Below are positions 29,178 through 40,203 of a stretch of DNA of 64,000 nt, in pieces; within the stretch, counting starts at the first letter, position 1; each line of letters begins with the position of its first letter. The stretch is taken from sequence record OR757435, one strand, 5' to 3'. The stretch is from Escherichia phage vB-EcoP-XT32. The notes under the pieces were generated by a model. It did not search any database, was not told the origin of the DNA, and saw only the letters and a program-made list of their open reading frames with translations. Both the position numbers and the translations under genes were made by a program.

Positions 29178-29193
29178 ATAAGAAGGAGGTTAT

Positions 29194-30162
29194 ATGGGTG
29201 CTGGTGGCTTTCGTAAGAATACCGGAAGAAACAACACAACACAACCTTATAGTGTGGGTTTTCTAAACACCTCTGAGAGTGTAGAAACTAACAACGTTGC
29301 AATATATGATGAACTCCAGAATATCAGTACTGCAACTAATCAAATGTTCCAAGCTATAGATGAAATCCATGAGGAGATTGATGTTCGTATTAAAGCTCTT
29401 CATGCTATGAATTTACAATTCGATGAACTAGAGAACCGTGTTACTACAGAGATTGAGACTGCCATTGCAGATATCATAACACAAATGGGTAATCTATCCA
29501 CTGATGACATTTGGGATAATTCTGTTAGTCCTCCTGTCAAGCTGGATTCAACTGTGTCCGGTATCAAAACGTCTATAGAAGGAAATACAGCATCTATCCA
29601 AACTGTCGAAGGGATTGTTAACGACCAAGGACAAGAGATAGCTCTTATTCAATCTGATCTCACTAATGGCACAGGAAGTGCATCTCAGTATATGAAGCTC
29701 ACCGAGTATGAGGCTACTTGGGGTGTTAATTCCACAGTAAACGGCAAGACAGCAGGGGTAAAGCTAACAAACAATGGCACTATAAGCCAGTTCCAAGTAA
29801 CAGCTGATAAGTTTGTGGTATCTGATGGCACGTCAGGAAGTACCCCATTCAGGGTTGAGAACGGTAGAGCTGTTATGGAGTTTGCTGATATCACTAACGT
29901 AGTTATCACCTCTGCTCAAATTGCAACTGCTACTATTGAGTGGGGGCAGATTACCAACGTATCAATCACCAATGCTCAGATTCAAAGTTTGTCTGCTGAT
30001 AAAATAACTGCTGGTACAATGTCAGGTACTAACTGGAGGTTTACTGTTGGAGGTGATTTCGTTATGGGTGGCACAGGTGGGGCACAATTATGGATGAATG
30101 GAAACAGGATAGACTTCTATGATGGAAGTGGTGCTCTGAGAATTAGGATAGGGAGTTGGTGA
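29194..30162 (+). CDS. tail fibre/structural protein
   Basis: 322 aa; N-terminal coiled-coil then Thr/Ser/Gly-rich beta-type region; AGGAGG RBS. Confidence 0.45.
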   Translation: MGAGGFRKNTGRNNTTQPYSVGFLNTSESVETNNVAIYDELQNISTATNQMFQAIDEIHEEIDVRIKALHAMNLQFDELENRVTTEIETAIADIITQMGNLSTDDIWDNSVSPPVKLDSTVSGIKTSIEGNTASIQTVEGIVNDQGQEIALIQSDLTNGTGSASQYMKLTEYEATWGVNSTVNGKTAGVKLTNNGTISQFQVTADKFVVSDGTSGSTPFRVENGRAVMEFADITNVVITSAQIATATIEWGQITNVSITNAQIQSLSADKITAGTMSGTNWRFTVGGDFVMGGTGGAQLWMNGNRIDFYDGSGALRIRIGSW

Positions 30163-30163
30163 T

Positions 30164-31195
30164 ATGGCATATGGAATTTGGACACAACCGGTAGGGCCGG
30201 GACCAGCTACACCAGCCCCTCTTTTCATAGACAGTGGAAGTACTTTCCCTCAGTTCAAGAATAGTATAAGAGGAAGTTTTAACTTTAACGGGGCAGGGAG
30301 GTCTTTCCCTATTAGTGGGTGGGATGGCAGTGGTCAGATAGTTATTGTTCCTACTGGTTCTTTATGCTGGCAATGGGAAGTCCCTCCTAACCTAGTTCCT
30401 GATGTTTATTGTGTGAATGATATCTACGTAGAAAACAACTCCTCTTTTAGAGTCACTCTGAATCAGAACCCAGGTAGTAACCCTCTGTTCGACTGTGGGT
30501 TCAACGTATACCAAATATGGCCTAGAGCGGATAGGAATTATGGAATTACCTTTTCCAATACAGCAGACTACTTCTCAATATCGGATAGTGGGGTTGTTGG
30601 TCAATGTATTTGGGCTTGGCAGGGGACCATAAACAACTCCCTTCAGATACCAAATATTGGTGGGTTCAATATGACCAATGCTGTTGTATTTGCTAATTGG
30701 TCTGATGGAGGGGTTGGTTTATCTTACACATCTGATGACAGGATTATTCGAGTCTATCAGAATAGGCCTTATGTCAACGGAAACACTAATGAAGGAGGGT
30801 CCGTCTTTGTGAGGATTGCCGTATTCTGCAACGGAGCTGGCGTTCCTGAGCATAACGGGGGTTTGAATATCTACTCTCCGGGCACCACTCAGTGCGTCTT
30901 CTCTACTAACAGAACACCTTTCACTGTAGATACTTTTATAGGTTCAGGTGGTGGTAACACTGGAATGTCGTATCCTATGATACCTCTTACTTCTGGAATA
31001 GGTGCAATAAAAGGCCAAGGTAGTGGATGGAGATATCAGCAAATGAGATCTCACACAATGAGCGGCTCTAGCATAGGAACTGGCTATGGAAGATACCTAT
31101 TTCAGTGGGATCAAAATTACGACCTAGGAGCTGACACTGTAGTTAATCTATCAGTTCCTGTAATGAATGCAGCTAAGGTTTTTGCTGGACTATAA
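30164..31195 (+). CDS. virion structural protein (hypothetical)
   Basis: 343-aa Gly/Asn/Ser-rich ORF in the tail gene array. Confidence 0.45.
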   Translation: MAYGIWTQPVGPGPATPAPLFIDSGSTFPQFKNSIRGSFNFNGAGRSFPISGWDGSGQIVIVPTGSLCWQWEVPPNLVPDVYCVNDIYVENNSSFRVTLNQNPGSNPLFDCGFNVYQIWPRADRNYGITFSNTADYFSISDSGVVGQCIWAWQGTINNSLQIPNIGGFNMTNAVVFANWSDGGVGLSYTSDDRIIRVYQNRPYVNGNTNEGGSVFVRIAVFCNGAGVPEHNGGLNIYSPGTTQCVFSTNRTPFTVDTFIGSGGGNTGMSYPMIPLTSGIGAIKGQGSGWRYQQMRSHTMSGSSIGTGYGRYLFQWDQNYDLGADTVVNLSVPVMNAAKVFAGL

Positions 31196-31207
31196 CAAGG
31201 AGATATT

Positions 31208-31990
31208 ATGGCAATTAAAATGGGTATTGAAGAACTAGACCCAATGGTTCAACAGGCTTCAAAGAAGTATGGAATACCAGCTGCTTTGATTCATGCTGTA
31301 ATCCAAAGAGAGTCTAGTGGACGTCCTAAAGTGGCCTCTGGAACTGGTCCTGTAGGTTTAATGCAGATCAGTAAAGGGTTGGCTAAAGACTATGGATATA
31401 AGCTGGAAGATAGACTGGACCCAGCAAAAAATATTGACATGGGTGCTCGTTATATTAGAGATAACTTAAAGGCTTTTAATGGTGATGTTAAGAAAGCAAT
31501 GGTTGGTTATTCAGAAGGTATAGGTGGTGCTAAGCAGATGTTCGCTGGTAAAAGAGGGTTTACCCCTCAGGCTCTTGATTCAATGAACAACAAACATTTT
31601 CTCCCTTTCTATGGTGATGCAGCTTCTCAGATTGCTAACCCTATTGGAGCTTTGCAAGCTGTCCAACCGGTCAACCAGTTTAATCCAGAAAATCTAAATA
31701 GAGAGAAGGCTGCACAAGCTCCAACTCAGGCAGAGATTTCTGCTTCTAAGACAGGTGCTTTAGGTGGTAATCCGGTAGAGTTTTACTCTGATGAAGTACA
31801 GGAAGGTGAAGACCAGAAGCCTCAACAGAACTTTGGTAATGCAGTATTAGGAGTAGCTGCTATGCTTGCTGGTAAACCTCCTACTTCTCAAACAGTTCAG
31901 AGAGTGAGTACACCTCATGCAGCAGGTTCTCAGTACAGTCCACAAACACAAGCAGTGCTTAGACGTTTGGCTAGCATTGGTGTTAAGTAA
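31208..31990 (+). CDS. lytic transglycosylase (SLT domain), probably virion-associated
   Basis: IHAVIQRESSGRPKVASGTGPVGLMQI matches the SLT signature (catalytic E-S, GLMQ); located with ejection-protein-like genes. Confidence 0.75.
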   Translation: MAIKMGIEELDPMVQQASKKYGIPAALIHAVIQRESSGRPKVASGTGPVGLMQISKGLAKDYGYKLEDRLDPAKNIDMGARYIRDNLKAFNGDVKKAMVGYSEGIGGAKQMFAGKRGFTPQALDSMNNKHFLPFYGDAASQIANPIGALQAVQPVNQFNPENLNREKAAQAPTQAEISASKTGALGGNPVEFYSDEVQEGEDQKPQQNFGNAVLGVAAMLAGKPPTSQTVQRVSTPHAAGSQYSPQTQAVLRRLASIGVK

Positions 31991-32009
31991 TAGTCATTAA
32001 GGAGGACTT

Positions 32010-33062
32010 ATGTCTTTATTTGGAAAATCAGCTTCTAGCAAAACCACAGTGGCTCCTTCCTCTCAGGTTGATGCCCTGCTGAAGCAGATTGTTGCTAATG
32101 CTCAGAATATGCAGAACAACGATCAGGGATTTATTTCCCAACAGCTGGCTGGGTTTAATGGCAACCAACAAGGTGCTCTGAATAACTTAGCAGCTTCTAC
32201 AACTCAAAAGCAATTAGCTGATATGTACACACCTCGTACACAGCAAGGTTTGGACCAACTCAACTCTCTTGCTCAACAGTATCAGAATATTGTCAATGGT
32301 GGTGGAGTTACGGCTGAGGGTGTTAATAACTTTAGTAAAGGACTAAACAACTCAGCTCTTGCACAAGCTACTAGCAAAGCAGCTTCTAATGTCTCTCTTG
32401 GCAATGGCTCTGATTCTGGTTCTCTCCGTAGGGCTGCGGCTCAAGGGGCTGCTTTGAATGGTGCTAATACAAACCTGTCTCGTACTATCAGTGGCAAGAA
32501 TATGGGTGTAAGTGCTTTGCAACAAGATCAGAACTTCCAGAGAGGGTTACTTGGTGCTCAATCCGGTCTAGCTGGACAGAACCTCAACCTAGGTGCTCAA
32601 GGTGTTCAGGCAACTCAACAGGCCATTCAGAATCAACTCATGGCTGGCAATCTGCAACAGCAACAAGCCCAAGCTCAGGCTGATATTAATTGGCAGAATG
32701 CTATCGGCTCTCAGCAGTATGGATGGAATCAGCTTAACAATCAGCTTAATGTACTAAATAGTGTAAGTCCTATGGCTGGATACACGATTAAGAATGCTGC
32801 TCCGGGGATTAATACTGGACAACAGCTCCTAGGTGCTGGTATCACTGGTTTGGGTATTGCAGGTCGTATGGGAGTTTTCTCTCCTAACCAACAGACTCAG
32901 AATGCTTGGAGTTCCTATAACAACTCAGGTGGGCAATCTGGAATGGCTGGTCCTATGATTGGAGGTTCTAATCTTTCTCAACAGAAAGGTCAGTCTAACT
33001 GGTTATCCACAACGGGTAATAATATCTTAGGTGGGGTCTTAGGGGCATTCGGAGCAAACTAA
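32010..33062 (+). CDS. Q/N/G-rich virion protein (putative internal/ejection protein), paralog A
   Basis: 350 aa; shares N-terminus and NQ.(G/E)ALNNLA motif with 33075..34043; Gly-rich hydrophobic C-terminus. Confidence 0.45.
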   Translation: MSLFGKSASSKTTVAPSSQVDALLKQIVANAQNMQNNDQGFISQQLAGFNGNQQGALNNLAASTTQKQLADMYTPRTQQGLDQLNSLAQQYQNIVNGGGVTAEGVNNFSKGLNNSALAQATSKAASNVSLGNGSDSGSLRRAAAQGAALNGANTNLSRTISGKNMGVSALQQDQNFQRGLLGAQSGLAGQNLNLGAQGVQATQQAIQNQLMAGNLQQQQAQAQADINWQNAIGSQQYGWNQLNNQLNVLNSVSPMAGYTIKNAAPGINTGQQLLGAGITGLGIAGRMGVFSPNQQTQNAWSSYNNSGGQSGMAGPMIGGSNLSQQKGQSNWLSTTGNNILGGVLGAFGAN

Positions 33063-33074
33063 AGGAGATTTAAT

Positions 33075-34043
33075 ATGGGACTTTTCGGAGGCGGGGGTAG
33101 TAAGACTACTTCTCAAATGATTCGCCCTGAATACATTCAACAGTATATTGACCAGCTTAACCAGCAGATTGGTAATACTAGTTCAGGGGATTATGTTTAT
33201 CGTGACAATGTAGGGTTTAATAACAACCAGACAGAAGCTCTTAACAACTTGGCACAATCTGGTGCTCTAGGGACTCTCTCACAACAATACATGGATGCAG
33301 CAGGCCAAGGGTTGGGTTATCTAGATAATGCCTATAAAGGCTACCAGAGCCTTTCTGGACAAGGTGGGGTTACTGGAGAACAGATTGGTGCTCTTGCTGG
33401 TCAATTGTATGATGACGATGCTGTGCAAGCAGCTATTACAGCTAATAACGAACAAGTTCAACAGAACCTAGCACGTAATGCTTTGCCTCAGTTAGCTCAA
33501 CAGTATGCTGGTCAGCAGGGTTCAGGTGCTCGTATGGCTAAATCTTTCGCTCAAGGCGATGCTCTGAATCAGATGCAAGGACAAGCAACAGATATTACCA
33601 ATAGCGCCTATAACTCAGCTATTAGTCAAGCTGAAAGCATCCTCTCTGGTAATAGGCAGAATCAGGCAGCTGCTCTCTCAGGTCTTTCTACTATCGGTTC
33701 TAATCTTTCTAACTTAGGCCAGCAAGGTGCTAATTTGTCTCAACAGCAAATGATGAATCAATGGAATGCAGGGTTGCAGCAACAACAGCAACAACAGAAT
33801 GAATATGATAATGCCTACCAGAATGCTCAGAACGCAGCTAACTGGGGATGGCAGGACATTAACAACCAACTAGGTGCAGCAGGTGTACTTAACGGTGCTC
33901 TCGGACAAACTACAACTACTAAAACATCTGGTGGCAAAGGTGGTTTCCTTGGTGGAGCTATGAGTGGTGCAGCAGCTGGCTCTTCTTTTGGTCCTTGGGG
34001 TGCCTTGGCTGGAGGGGTGATTGGCGGGATGGCTAGTTCTTAA
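33075..34043 (+). CDS. Q/N/G-rich virion protein, paralog B
   Basis: 322 aa; same architecture as 32010..33062. Confidence 0.45.
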   Translation: MGLFGGGGSKTTSQMIRPEYIQQYIDQLNQQIGNTSSGDYVYRDNVGFNNNQTEALNNLAQSGALGTLSQQYMDAAGQGLGYLDNAYKGYQSLSGQGGVTGEQIGALAGQLYDDDAVQAAITANNEQVQQNLARNALPQLAQQYAGQQGSGARMAKSFAQGDALNQMQGQATDITNSAYNSAISQAESILSGNRQNQAAALSGLSTIGSNLSNLGQQGANLSQQQMMNQWNAGLQQQQQQQNEYDNAYQNAQNAANWGWQDINNQLGAAGVLNGALGQTTTTKTSGGKGGFLGGAMSGAAAGSSFGPWGALAGGVIGGMASS

Positions 34044-34056
34044 TTAGGAGATAAAT

Positions 34057-35712
34057 ATGCAACAGACAACTTACGCTCAGGTCAGAAGTCGTGACCCGAG
34101 AAATACTTTCTACGGTGTTAATCCGGGAGCGGCTTCGGCCTCTCCTTATATGGCTAGACCTACTCAGACAGCGGATGTTTCTATGTACCAGCGTCCTGCT
34201 GTACCTTCATCTCTCGCAGGTCTTGTCTCTCAGGCAGAAGAAGATCAGAATGCTATGATGAATCCGGGATTCCAGCAACGTCTTATGGAACAACAGAATC
34301 AAGGAACCCCAACAAGTCTTCAGGGTATTGACATTGGAGCACCAGCCCCTGTAGCAGCTAATCCTAATTTATCTACTGATCAAGGTTTGCAGGATGCTGG
34401 ACTTATGCCTAGTGACCCTCTTCCGGTGACACCTCCTGCCAAGCCACTAGAAACTGGTCCTATGGAGTTTACTCCTTCTCAGGTTGAACAAGCACAAGGT
34501 GTTGTTAATACTCTTGCTCAAGGACAAGACACCGGTGACGGAATGGCTGCTGCTACTCGTACTAAAGATCAAGAGCGTGTTAACAATGATATCTTGCAAG
34601 TTGCAAAAGCTAAAGATCCTTCAGAAGCTTGGAAGAAGTTACAGAAAGAACCTTTCTATCAGAACTCTAGTTTCTATACAGGTTTAATGGGTGTAGGTCT
34701 TTCTATCATGTCAGGTAAATCTCCTATCGAAGCATTCCAGATTGGTCAGGGGATGGCTAATCAAGATGAGACTAAAAAGCAACTGGAAGCTAACCGTGAT
34801 GCTCTGATTGAACAAGGTTTCTCTCAAGACTCAATTGCAGCTGCTATAGCTCAGGGTGATCCTTCTCTTCTGAAGATGAAAGCTAAAGACCCTCTTCAAC
34901 AGGAAGCTCTGTATGCTGCTCGTGAAGAACGTCAGAATGCTGAATGGGATAGACGTCAACAGATTCAAGAGCAGTCTATGCGTGAACGTGCTGAGGAAAC
35001 TCGTCGTGCTGCTGAAAAGAGAACTGACATGAACTTTGAACGTCAGAAAGAGTTGATTGGTTATCGTGATAAAGTTAAGGCTGAACGTGCTGAACAAGTT
35101 GCTCAGAGTTTTAACTTTAACCCGAAAGAAGTTCGTCTTGCTCAGAACACAGCTGAAGGTACAGTTGCTAAGCAGTGGGCAGAGAAAGGTGGTCTGTTTA
35201 ACCAGTCCAACAAAGACTTGGATTTGGCTGACAAAGCAGTTAAAGATAAAGACTACCAGACAGCTCGTTCTGCTTACATGCAGGCTATCATGAACTCCGC
35301 AAGGGCTGAAATCGGTGCTACTCGTTCCCTTACCGAAGAAGACTTGGGACACTTCGCAGAAGACCCATCAATCTTCATTCGTGTTGGCAACAAGTTTGCT
35401 CTTAAGTCAGGATGGCGTCCTACTGACTCTGCTCTTTCTTATGCCCGTAAGCAGGCTAATGTTGGTCATACATCTGCAATGAAAGGTGTTGCTGATGCTA
35501 AGAGAGCTACTATCGAAGCGTACATTGGTTCAGGTATGGATAAGAAGAGGGCTACTGCATTGGTTAACCGTGCAATTCCTTCTGGTGGTTTCTATGACCC
35601 ACTCGGTGTTTTCTCTGAACAGGCAGAAGAGGCAGTTGGTGGTGCAGCAACCAATCCTAAACTAAACGGTGCTTTATCAGCTGTTGAAGACACCAGCTGG
35701 TTCGCTCAATAA
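34057..35712 (+). CDS. virion protein (hypothetical)
   Basis: 551-aa ORF with TAGGAG RBS in the array of ejection-protein-like genes. Confidence 0.45.
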   Translation: MQQTTYAQVRSRDPRNTFYGVNPGAASASPYMARPTQTADVSMYQRPAVPSSLAGLVSQAEEDQNAMMNPGFQQRLMEQQNQGTPTSLQGIDIGAPAPVAANPNLSTDQGLQDAGLMPSDPLPVTPPAKPLETGPMEFTPSQVEQAQGVVNTLAQGQDTGDGMAAATRTKDQERVNNDILQVAKAKDPSEAWKKLQKEPFYQNSSFYTGLMGVGLSIMSGKSPIEAFQIGQGMANQDETKKQLEANRDALIEQGFSQDSIAAAIAQGDPSLLKMKAKDPLQQEALYAAREERQNAEWDRRQQIQEQSMRERAEETRRAAEKRTDMNFERQKELIGYRDKVKAERAEQVAQSFNFNPKEVRLAQNTAEGTVAKQWAEKGGLFNQSNKDLDLADKAVKDKDYQTARSAYMQAIMNSARAEIGATRSLTEEDLGHFAEDPSIFIRVGNKFALKSGWRPTDSALSYARKQANVGHTSAMKGVADAKRATIEAYIGSGMDKKRATALVNRAIPSGGFYDPLGVFSEQAEEAVGGAATNPKLNGALSAVEDTSWFAQ

Positions 35713-35719
35713 GACCTAA

Positions 35720-35766
35720 GTCCTGCCTTCTATAATGTATATAGGGGGTAGGACATTTTTATTTAT
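35720..35766 (+). terminator. candidate terminator/attenuator hairpin
   Basis: GTCCTGCC ... GGTAGGAC (8 bp with G-U) with 19-nt loop, then ATTTTTATTT. Confidence 0.35.
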
Positions 35767-35779
35767 AAAAGGAGACGTT

Positions 35780-38700
35780 ATGGCTAACATTAAACCGTGG
35801 GAAGAAGCTTCCAAAGCTCCTGCGTATCTGAATGCCTCTCCGGAGCGTCAAGCTCAAATGAGAGAACAATATAAGGCAGCAGGTGGCTCTATTCCTGAGG
35901 AACAACCAGTAGCACAACCACAACAAGAAGAACGTGGTGCTATAGGTGAGTTTGCTCAAGGTGTGTCAAATGCTCTTCAATCTGGTGGTGCAAACATTGC
36001 AGCTAGTGCTGCTAAAGGTATTGGTGGTTTAGTTGAGATTGGTGAGAATCTAGCTGGAGCACAAACTAGTTATGGTAAGCGTATCCAAGAGAACTCTCAG
36101 AACCTTCTGAAAGATCGTATGGATAAGATTGAGGATGGGATTGGTAAAACTGCTGGGCAATATGCTGGCGTTGTTGGTGATATTGGTTTGACTGTTGCTA
36201 ACCCATTAGCTGCCGCTGCTATCATTGCAGGTCGTGAGACAGGTCGTGCATATGCAGACCAAACTCCTGAAGAGGGAGAAGATAAGTCTGTTCTGGATGC
36301 CGCTCTAGTTGGTGGTGCTAACTATGCAGCTCAGAGAATCCTTCCGGGTGCTGTTGGTACAGCTGAGTCTACACTTGGTCGTATTGGTCAGAACGTTGCT
36401 AGTAACGCAGTGGCTGGTGCTAAAGGTGGTGCTCTTGTAGGTGCTGCTGAAGCTCAGAACAAACATGGTGATGACACAACCTTTTCTAATGTCTTAGAAG
36501 GTGCTATTGAAGAAGGCGCTATGGGTGCTGCATTCGGTGGTGCAGTTGGTGGTGTCCATGGTTTGATTAGTCGTCCAGATTCTGCTGTCTTTAAGAATAC
36601 TCCAGAGTATGCAAAGACTGACATTGCTGCTGATGATGAATTAATTCGTAGTGCTAAGAACATTGATGAGCTGAAAGAAGCATACTCTAAAGCTGAAACT
36701 GCTAACGCCGCTTCTGCCCTTAACCTTCTGGATGAGAACGGATTCCGTATCACAGATGCTGTTGCTGTAGACTCTCCTGCTGCTCAGCGCATCCTTAATA
36801 CAGACCAAGCTCGTGCCGAGAAAGCTGCTTCTGTTCAGAAAGAACATTCTAACATTCCTGGCCTCAATCCTTTGGCTTCTCCTTCTAAAGTTCGTGGTAA
36901 AGCATTCGCTGATAACGAGCACAACCAGAAGCAAGCTGTTGCTATGAAAGATGCAATGGCTGATTACACAAAGGATAACACTAAAGCTCTTACAGATGTT
37001 CTGGATAATCTTGATCGTGAGTTAGTGTCTCTCCGAGCTTCTGGTGATTTTCCTGGTAGTCCGATTGACATTAAGAACCGTACACAAGCTGACCGTGATT
37101 TCATTGATGCTTACAAGACTTTCTACAATGAAGCAAATCGATTCAAAGCTCGTGATGGTGAAGACTTTAATAACTTTGTAGAGAAAGCTGCTGAACTACA
37201 GAAGATGGCTGATAATGTTTCTCCAGAGATGAAGAAAGCTATTGGTGGGTTGAAGAAACTGAAAGGTATGCCTGAAGGTTTTAATCCTATTCAAGATGCT
37301 TACACTCTGAATAATACAGCTAAGTTCATGAGCAACCAAGACCGTGGTTGGACGTCCCTGACTGATGATGGATTCCGTGAGGCTTCTTCTCCTAGTCTGG
37401 TTATGAACACACTCGGTGCTGCTAAGTATGCTCTGAATCGCTTCTCTTCTCAGCGTGCTCGCTCTCAACGTGTTAAGCAACAAGAATCTAACAGTGAAGC
37501 TATCCGCTCTCTGGCTCGTGGTGATTTGGAAGTTGCTCGTGCTAAGTCTACTGCTGATGAAGCTCGTGCTAAAATGGAAGAAGAACCAGTTGTTGGTGAC
37601 ATTAAATTTAAGACGCAAAATGACGTAGAAACCGAACCGGTTCGGGAGCCTTCTTCTAGTACTGTGACGGAAGAAAATCTTTCTTCTTCTGCTCCTCAAG
37701 AAACCCCTCTTACAGCTCGTGATTTAGTTGCGCAAAGACGTGCTATCCGTCAGGCTGAACAGCGTCGCGCTGAAGAAGAGGCAGCACAGGCTCAAGAAGC
37801 TCCGGTCGAACAAGCTCCACAGGCTGAACCTCTCCCTGCTCGTAACCCTTTAGAGGAACGTCGTGCAATGGAACAGCAACGTGCTCAAGAAGAGGCCGCA
37901 CAGGCTCCAGAACCAACCGTAGAGGAACCAACAGTCAAAGCTGAGCCATTACCTGCCCGTGCTCCTAAAGCTCCTAAGGAAGCTGTACAGGACGTTAAAC
38001 CGGCAAGTGGTGTAGAACGTTTAGCTGCTATGTCTAGTGCTGCTCGTCAGGCTACTAAAGATCGTGCAGAACGCTTTGCTCGTTCTCTGTACTCTGAGGC
38101 TGCTAAGGCTAAAGCTACTGCTGAAAACTTCTTGGCTTATAAAGGTGGTACTAAGGAATTGATGCGTCGTATTCGTCAGGAAGATAATGCTATCAACACT
38201 GAACGTCATGAAGAAATGGCTCGTAACCAGTTGTCTTCTCAGCAAGGTATTGCTACTGCTAAGAACAACACTGTACGAACTAATTTTGCTGAATGGGTTA
38301 AGGAACGTGGTCTGCCAGAAGATATTGCTACTAAGGCATTACGTGCTGAAGAGAAAGGTTTAGGTGGGAACGTTACTAACTTGGATAGTCTGAAACGTCG
38401 TGCTGAAAGATTGTATCAGAAGCAGCGTGAGGATGAGTTTGATAGACTGTATCAACAAGCTCTAGAAGAGAACAAAGCTTTTGATAAGAAAGATGCTCCT
38501 AAACTGGTTGACCAGAAGAAAGAGCTTCAGTCTGAGATTGACACTTTGATTGATTCAGAACCTTTACGTCCTGCTCAGAAAGATGCTATGCGTAAGCTGA
38601 TGAATGATTATGTAGATGGGAAGTTTAAATCTTCAGAGAAGGCTGGTAGAGAAGAGGCTTTGGAAGTTGGTCAGATGAAGGATGTTTGGGATGGGTTTAT

Positions 38701-40201
38701 TAACACCTATAACAGAGAAGTGAATGCCTTCAACAAAGCTAACAAGAACTCTCAGTATGAAGCTGCTGCTAAGCATTTACAGGCTCGTGAAGAACGTCTT
38801 GCCACTCTGAAAAACAAAGCTCAGGCTCGTTCAGATGCTAAGGCTGCTGTTGAGAATGAACGTAAAACTCTAGAGGCTATTGCAGCTCAGAAGAGTGAGA
38901 TTGAGAAGATGATGGAAGGTTTACCTAAACCTGTTCGTGAGGCTCAGGAATCTCGTACATTGAAACAGTTGGCTGCTCACCATGACAAGAACTCTCCAGT
39001 TCCTCCAGAGAAGTTCCGTAGTTACATTGAACGTATCCACAACGCCGAGTCAGATTACCTTGATCGTCAGCGTCGTTTAACTGATGCAGAGGAAGATGCT
39101 CGTCAGGCCAAGTGGAACAAGATGTATGAGCAAGCGGAAGAGATGAACCGTAAGTTTGATGTGGACAAGAGAGTTAAGCGCAGTGAAGAGCTTAAAGCGG
39201 CCCAAGAGCGTGAGAATGACCTTATGGCAGTACAACGTCAACGTGATGACATTCATCGCCGTCTGGTGCGTACTATGGAAGATAAGGGCATATCTAGAGA
39301 GGATGCTGAAGCGTTTGCTGGTTCCTACATGGATAACCGTTATGCACTTCTTGAGAAGCCTATGACTCCAACTGAACATCAGAATGCTCGTTCTCGTATC
39401 GAGGCTGATGTTGAGAAGTTTGCTAAGAAGTACGAATCAATGACTCCTATCGAGAAAGAGATTGTTAAGGTTACTGGAGATACTGAAGGTAAGATTGATA
39501 ATTTGGATTCGGATACTAGGAAGGCTATTGAGGAAGCTCAGAAGGTTGACTCTGATATTAAGAAACTGCAAGAGGAAGAGATGGAGATGGAGAAGATTCG
39601 TTCTGCTCTGCCTGACGATGAAAAATCTCAAGCAAATTCTGATATCTTGGAAAGTATTAAGCAGCAGGAAGAAGTCTTTGCTGATAAAGTAGAGAAAGCT
39701 TTCTTGAGTGGGAAGAGCTTGGATGAGTTAGCTAGTGTGGCTGAAGTTTTAGACAGGGTTCATGGTGCAGATAAGGCTGGTAACAACCGTCGCTTTGTAC
39801 GTGCATTGCAGACTGCTGCTGAAAACAAGAAGAAGTATGGCGATAATCCGGTAGCTTGGTTTAGTGCTGATGATTATTCTGCTATTGCTAAACTTGGTGC
39901 TTCTTCCGCAGGTGGTAACAAATCCAGAGCACTGGAGAAGATCTTTGGTTCTACAGCTGAACAGGCTAAGAGTAAGTTGCTTGGCAGGGATGATGTAGCG
40001 AAGATGAGACGTGTGATTGAAGAGAACCCTGATGTTAAGATTCCTTCTTACAAGACAACGAATCGTACTGAGTACTTGCAGTTCTTGGAGAAGTTTAATG
40101 ACGAAGGGAAGCCGAAGATTAAACGTGGCTCATTGTCAGAGAAGCTTGAACGCAGTAAGCGTCAATCGAGACTCCGTGTAAGAGTTCGACCTAAGGAGTG
40201 A
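35780..40201 (+). CDS. large virion protein (1473 aa), coiled-coil rich; putative internal/ejection protein
   Basis: Start set to ATG 35780 (AAGGAG RBS); Ala/Glu/Lys/Arg-rich helical protein with internal EEEAAQA...EPLPAR duplication; last gene of the morphogenesis block. Confidence 0.5.
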   Translation: MANIKPWEEASKAPAYLNASPERQAQMREQYKAAGGSIPEEQPVAQPQQEERGAIGEFAQGVSNALQSGGANIAASAAKGIGGLVEIGENLAGAQTSYGKRIQENSQNLLKDRMDKIEDGIGKTAGQYAGVVGDIGLTVANPLAAAAIIAGRETGRAYADQTPEEGEDKSVLDAALVGGANYAAQRILPGAVGTAESTLGRIGQNVASNAVAGAKGGALVGAAEAQNKHGDDTTFSNVLEGAIEEGAMGAAFGGAVGGVHGLISRPDSAVFKNTPEYAKTDIAADDELIRSAKNIDELKEAYSKAETANAASALNLLDENGFRITDAVAVDSPAAQRILNTDQARAEKAASVQKEHSNIPGLNPLASPSKVRGKAFADNEHNQKQAVAMKDAMADYTKDNTKALTDVLDNLDRELVSLRASGDFPGSPIDIKNRTQADRDFIDAYKTFYNEANRFKARDGEDFNNFVEKAAELQKMADNVSPEMKKAIGGLKKLKGMPEGFNPIQDAYTLNNTAKFMSNQDRGWTSLTDDGFREASSPSLVMNTLGAAKYALNRFSSQRARSQRVKQQESNSEAIRSLARGDLEVARAKSTADEARAKMEEEPVVGDIKFKTQNDVETEPVREPSSSTVTEENLSSSAPQETPLTARDLVAQRRAIRQAEQRRAEEEAAQAQEAPVEQAPQAEPLPARNPLEERRAMEQQRAQEEAAQAPEPTVEEPTVKAEPLPARAPKAPKEAVQDVKPASGVERLAAMSSAARQATKDRAERFARSLYSEAAKAKATAENFLAYKGGTKELMRRIRQEDNAINTERHEEMARNQLSSQQGIATAKNNTVRTNFAEWVKERGLPEDIATKALRAEEKGLGGNVTNLDSLKRRAERLYQKQREDEFDRLYQQALEENKAFDKKDAPKLVDQKKELQSEIDTLIDSEPLRPAQKDAMRKLMNDYVDGKFKSSEKAGREEALEVGQMKDVWDGFINTYNREVNAFNKANKNSQYEAAAKHLQAREERLATLKNKAQARSDAKAAVENERKTLEAIAAQKSEIEKMMEGLPKPVREAQESRTLKQLAAHHDKNSPVPPEKFRSYIERIHNAESDYLDRQRRLTDAEEDARQAKWNKMYEQAEEMNRKFDVDKRVKRSEELKAAQERENDLMAVQRQRDDIHRRLVRTMEDKGISREDAEAFAGSYMDNRYALLEKPMTPTEHQNARSRIEADVEKFAKKYESMTPIEKEIVKVTGDTEGKIDNLDSDTRKAIEEAQKVDSDIKKLQEEEMEMEKIRSALPDDEKSQANSDILESIKQQEEVFADKVEKAFLSGKSLDELASVAEVLDRVHGADKAGNNRRFVRALQTAAENKKKYGDNPVAWFSADDYSAIAKLGASSAGGNKSRALEKIFGSTAEQAKSKLLGRDDVAKMRRVIEENPDVKIPSYKTTNRTEYLQFLEKFNDEGKPKIKRGSLSEKLERSKRQSRLRVRVRPKE

Positions 40202-40203
40202 TA

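Noticed and set aside
34831-35352. 173-aa antisense ORF inside the 551-aa virion protein gene
   Set aside because: Serine/Leu/Phe-rich low-complexity product on the non-coding strand of a well-supported gene.
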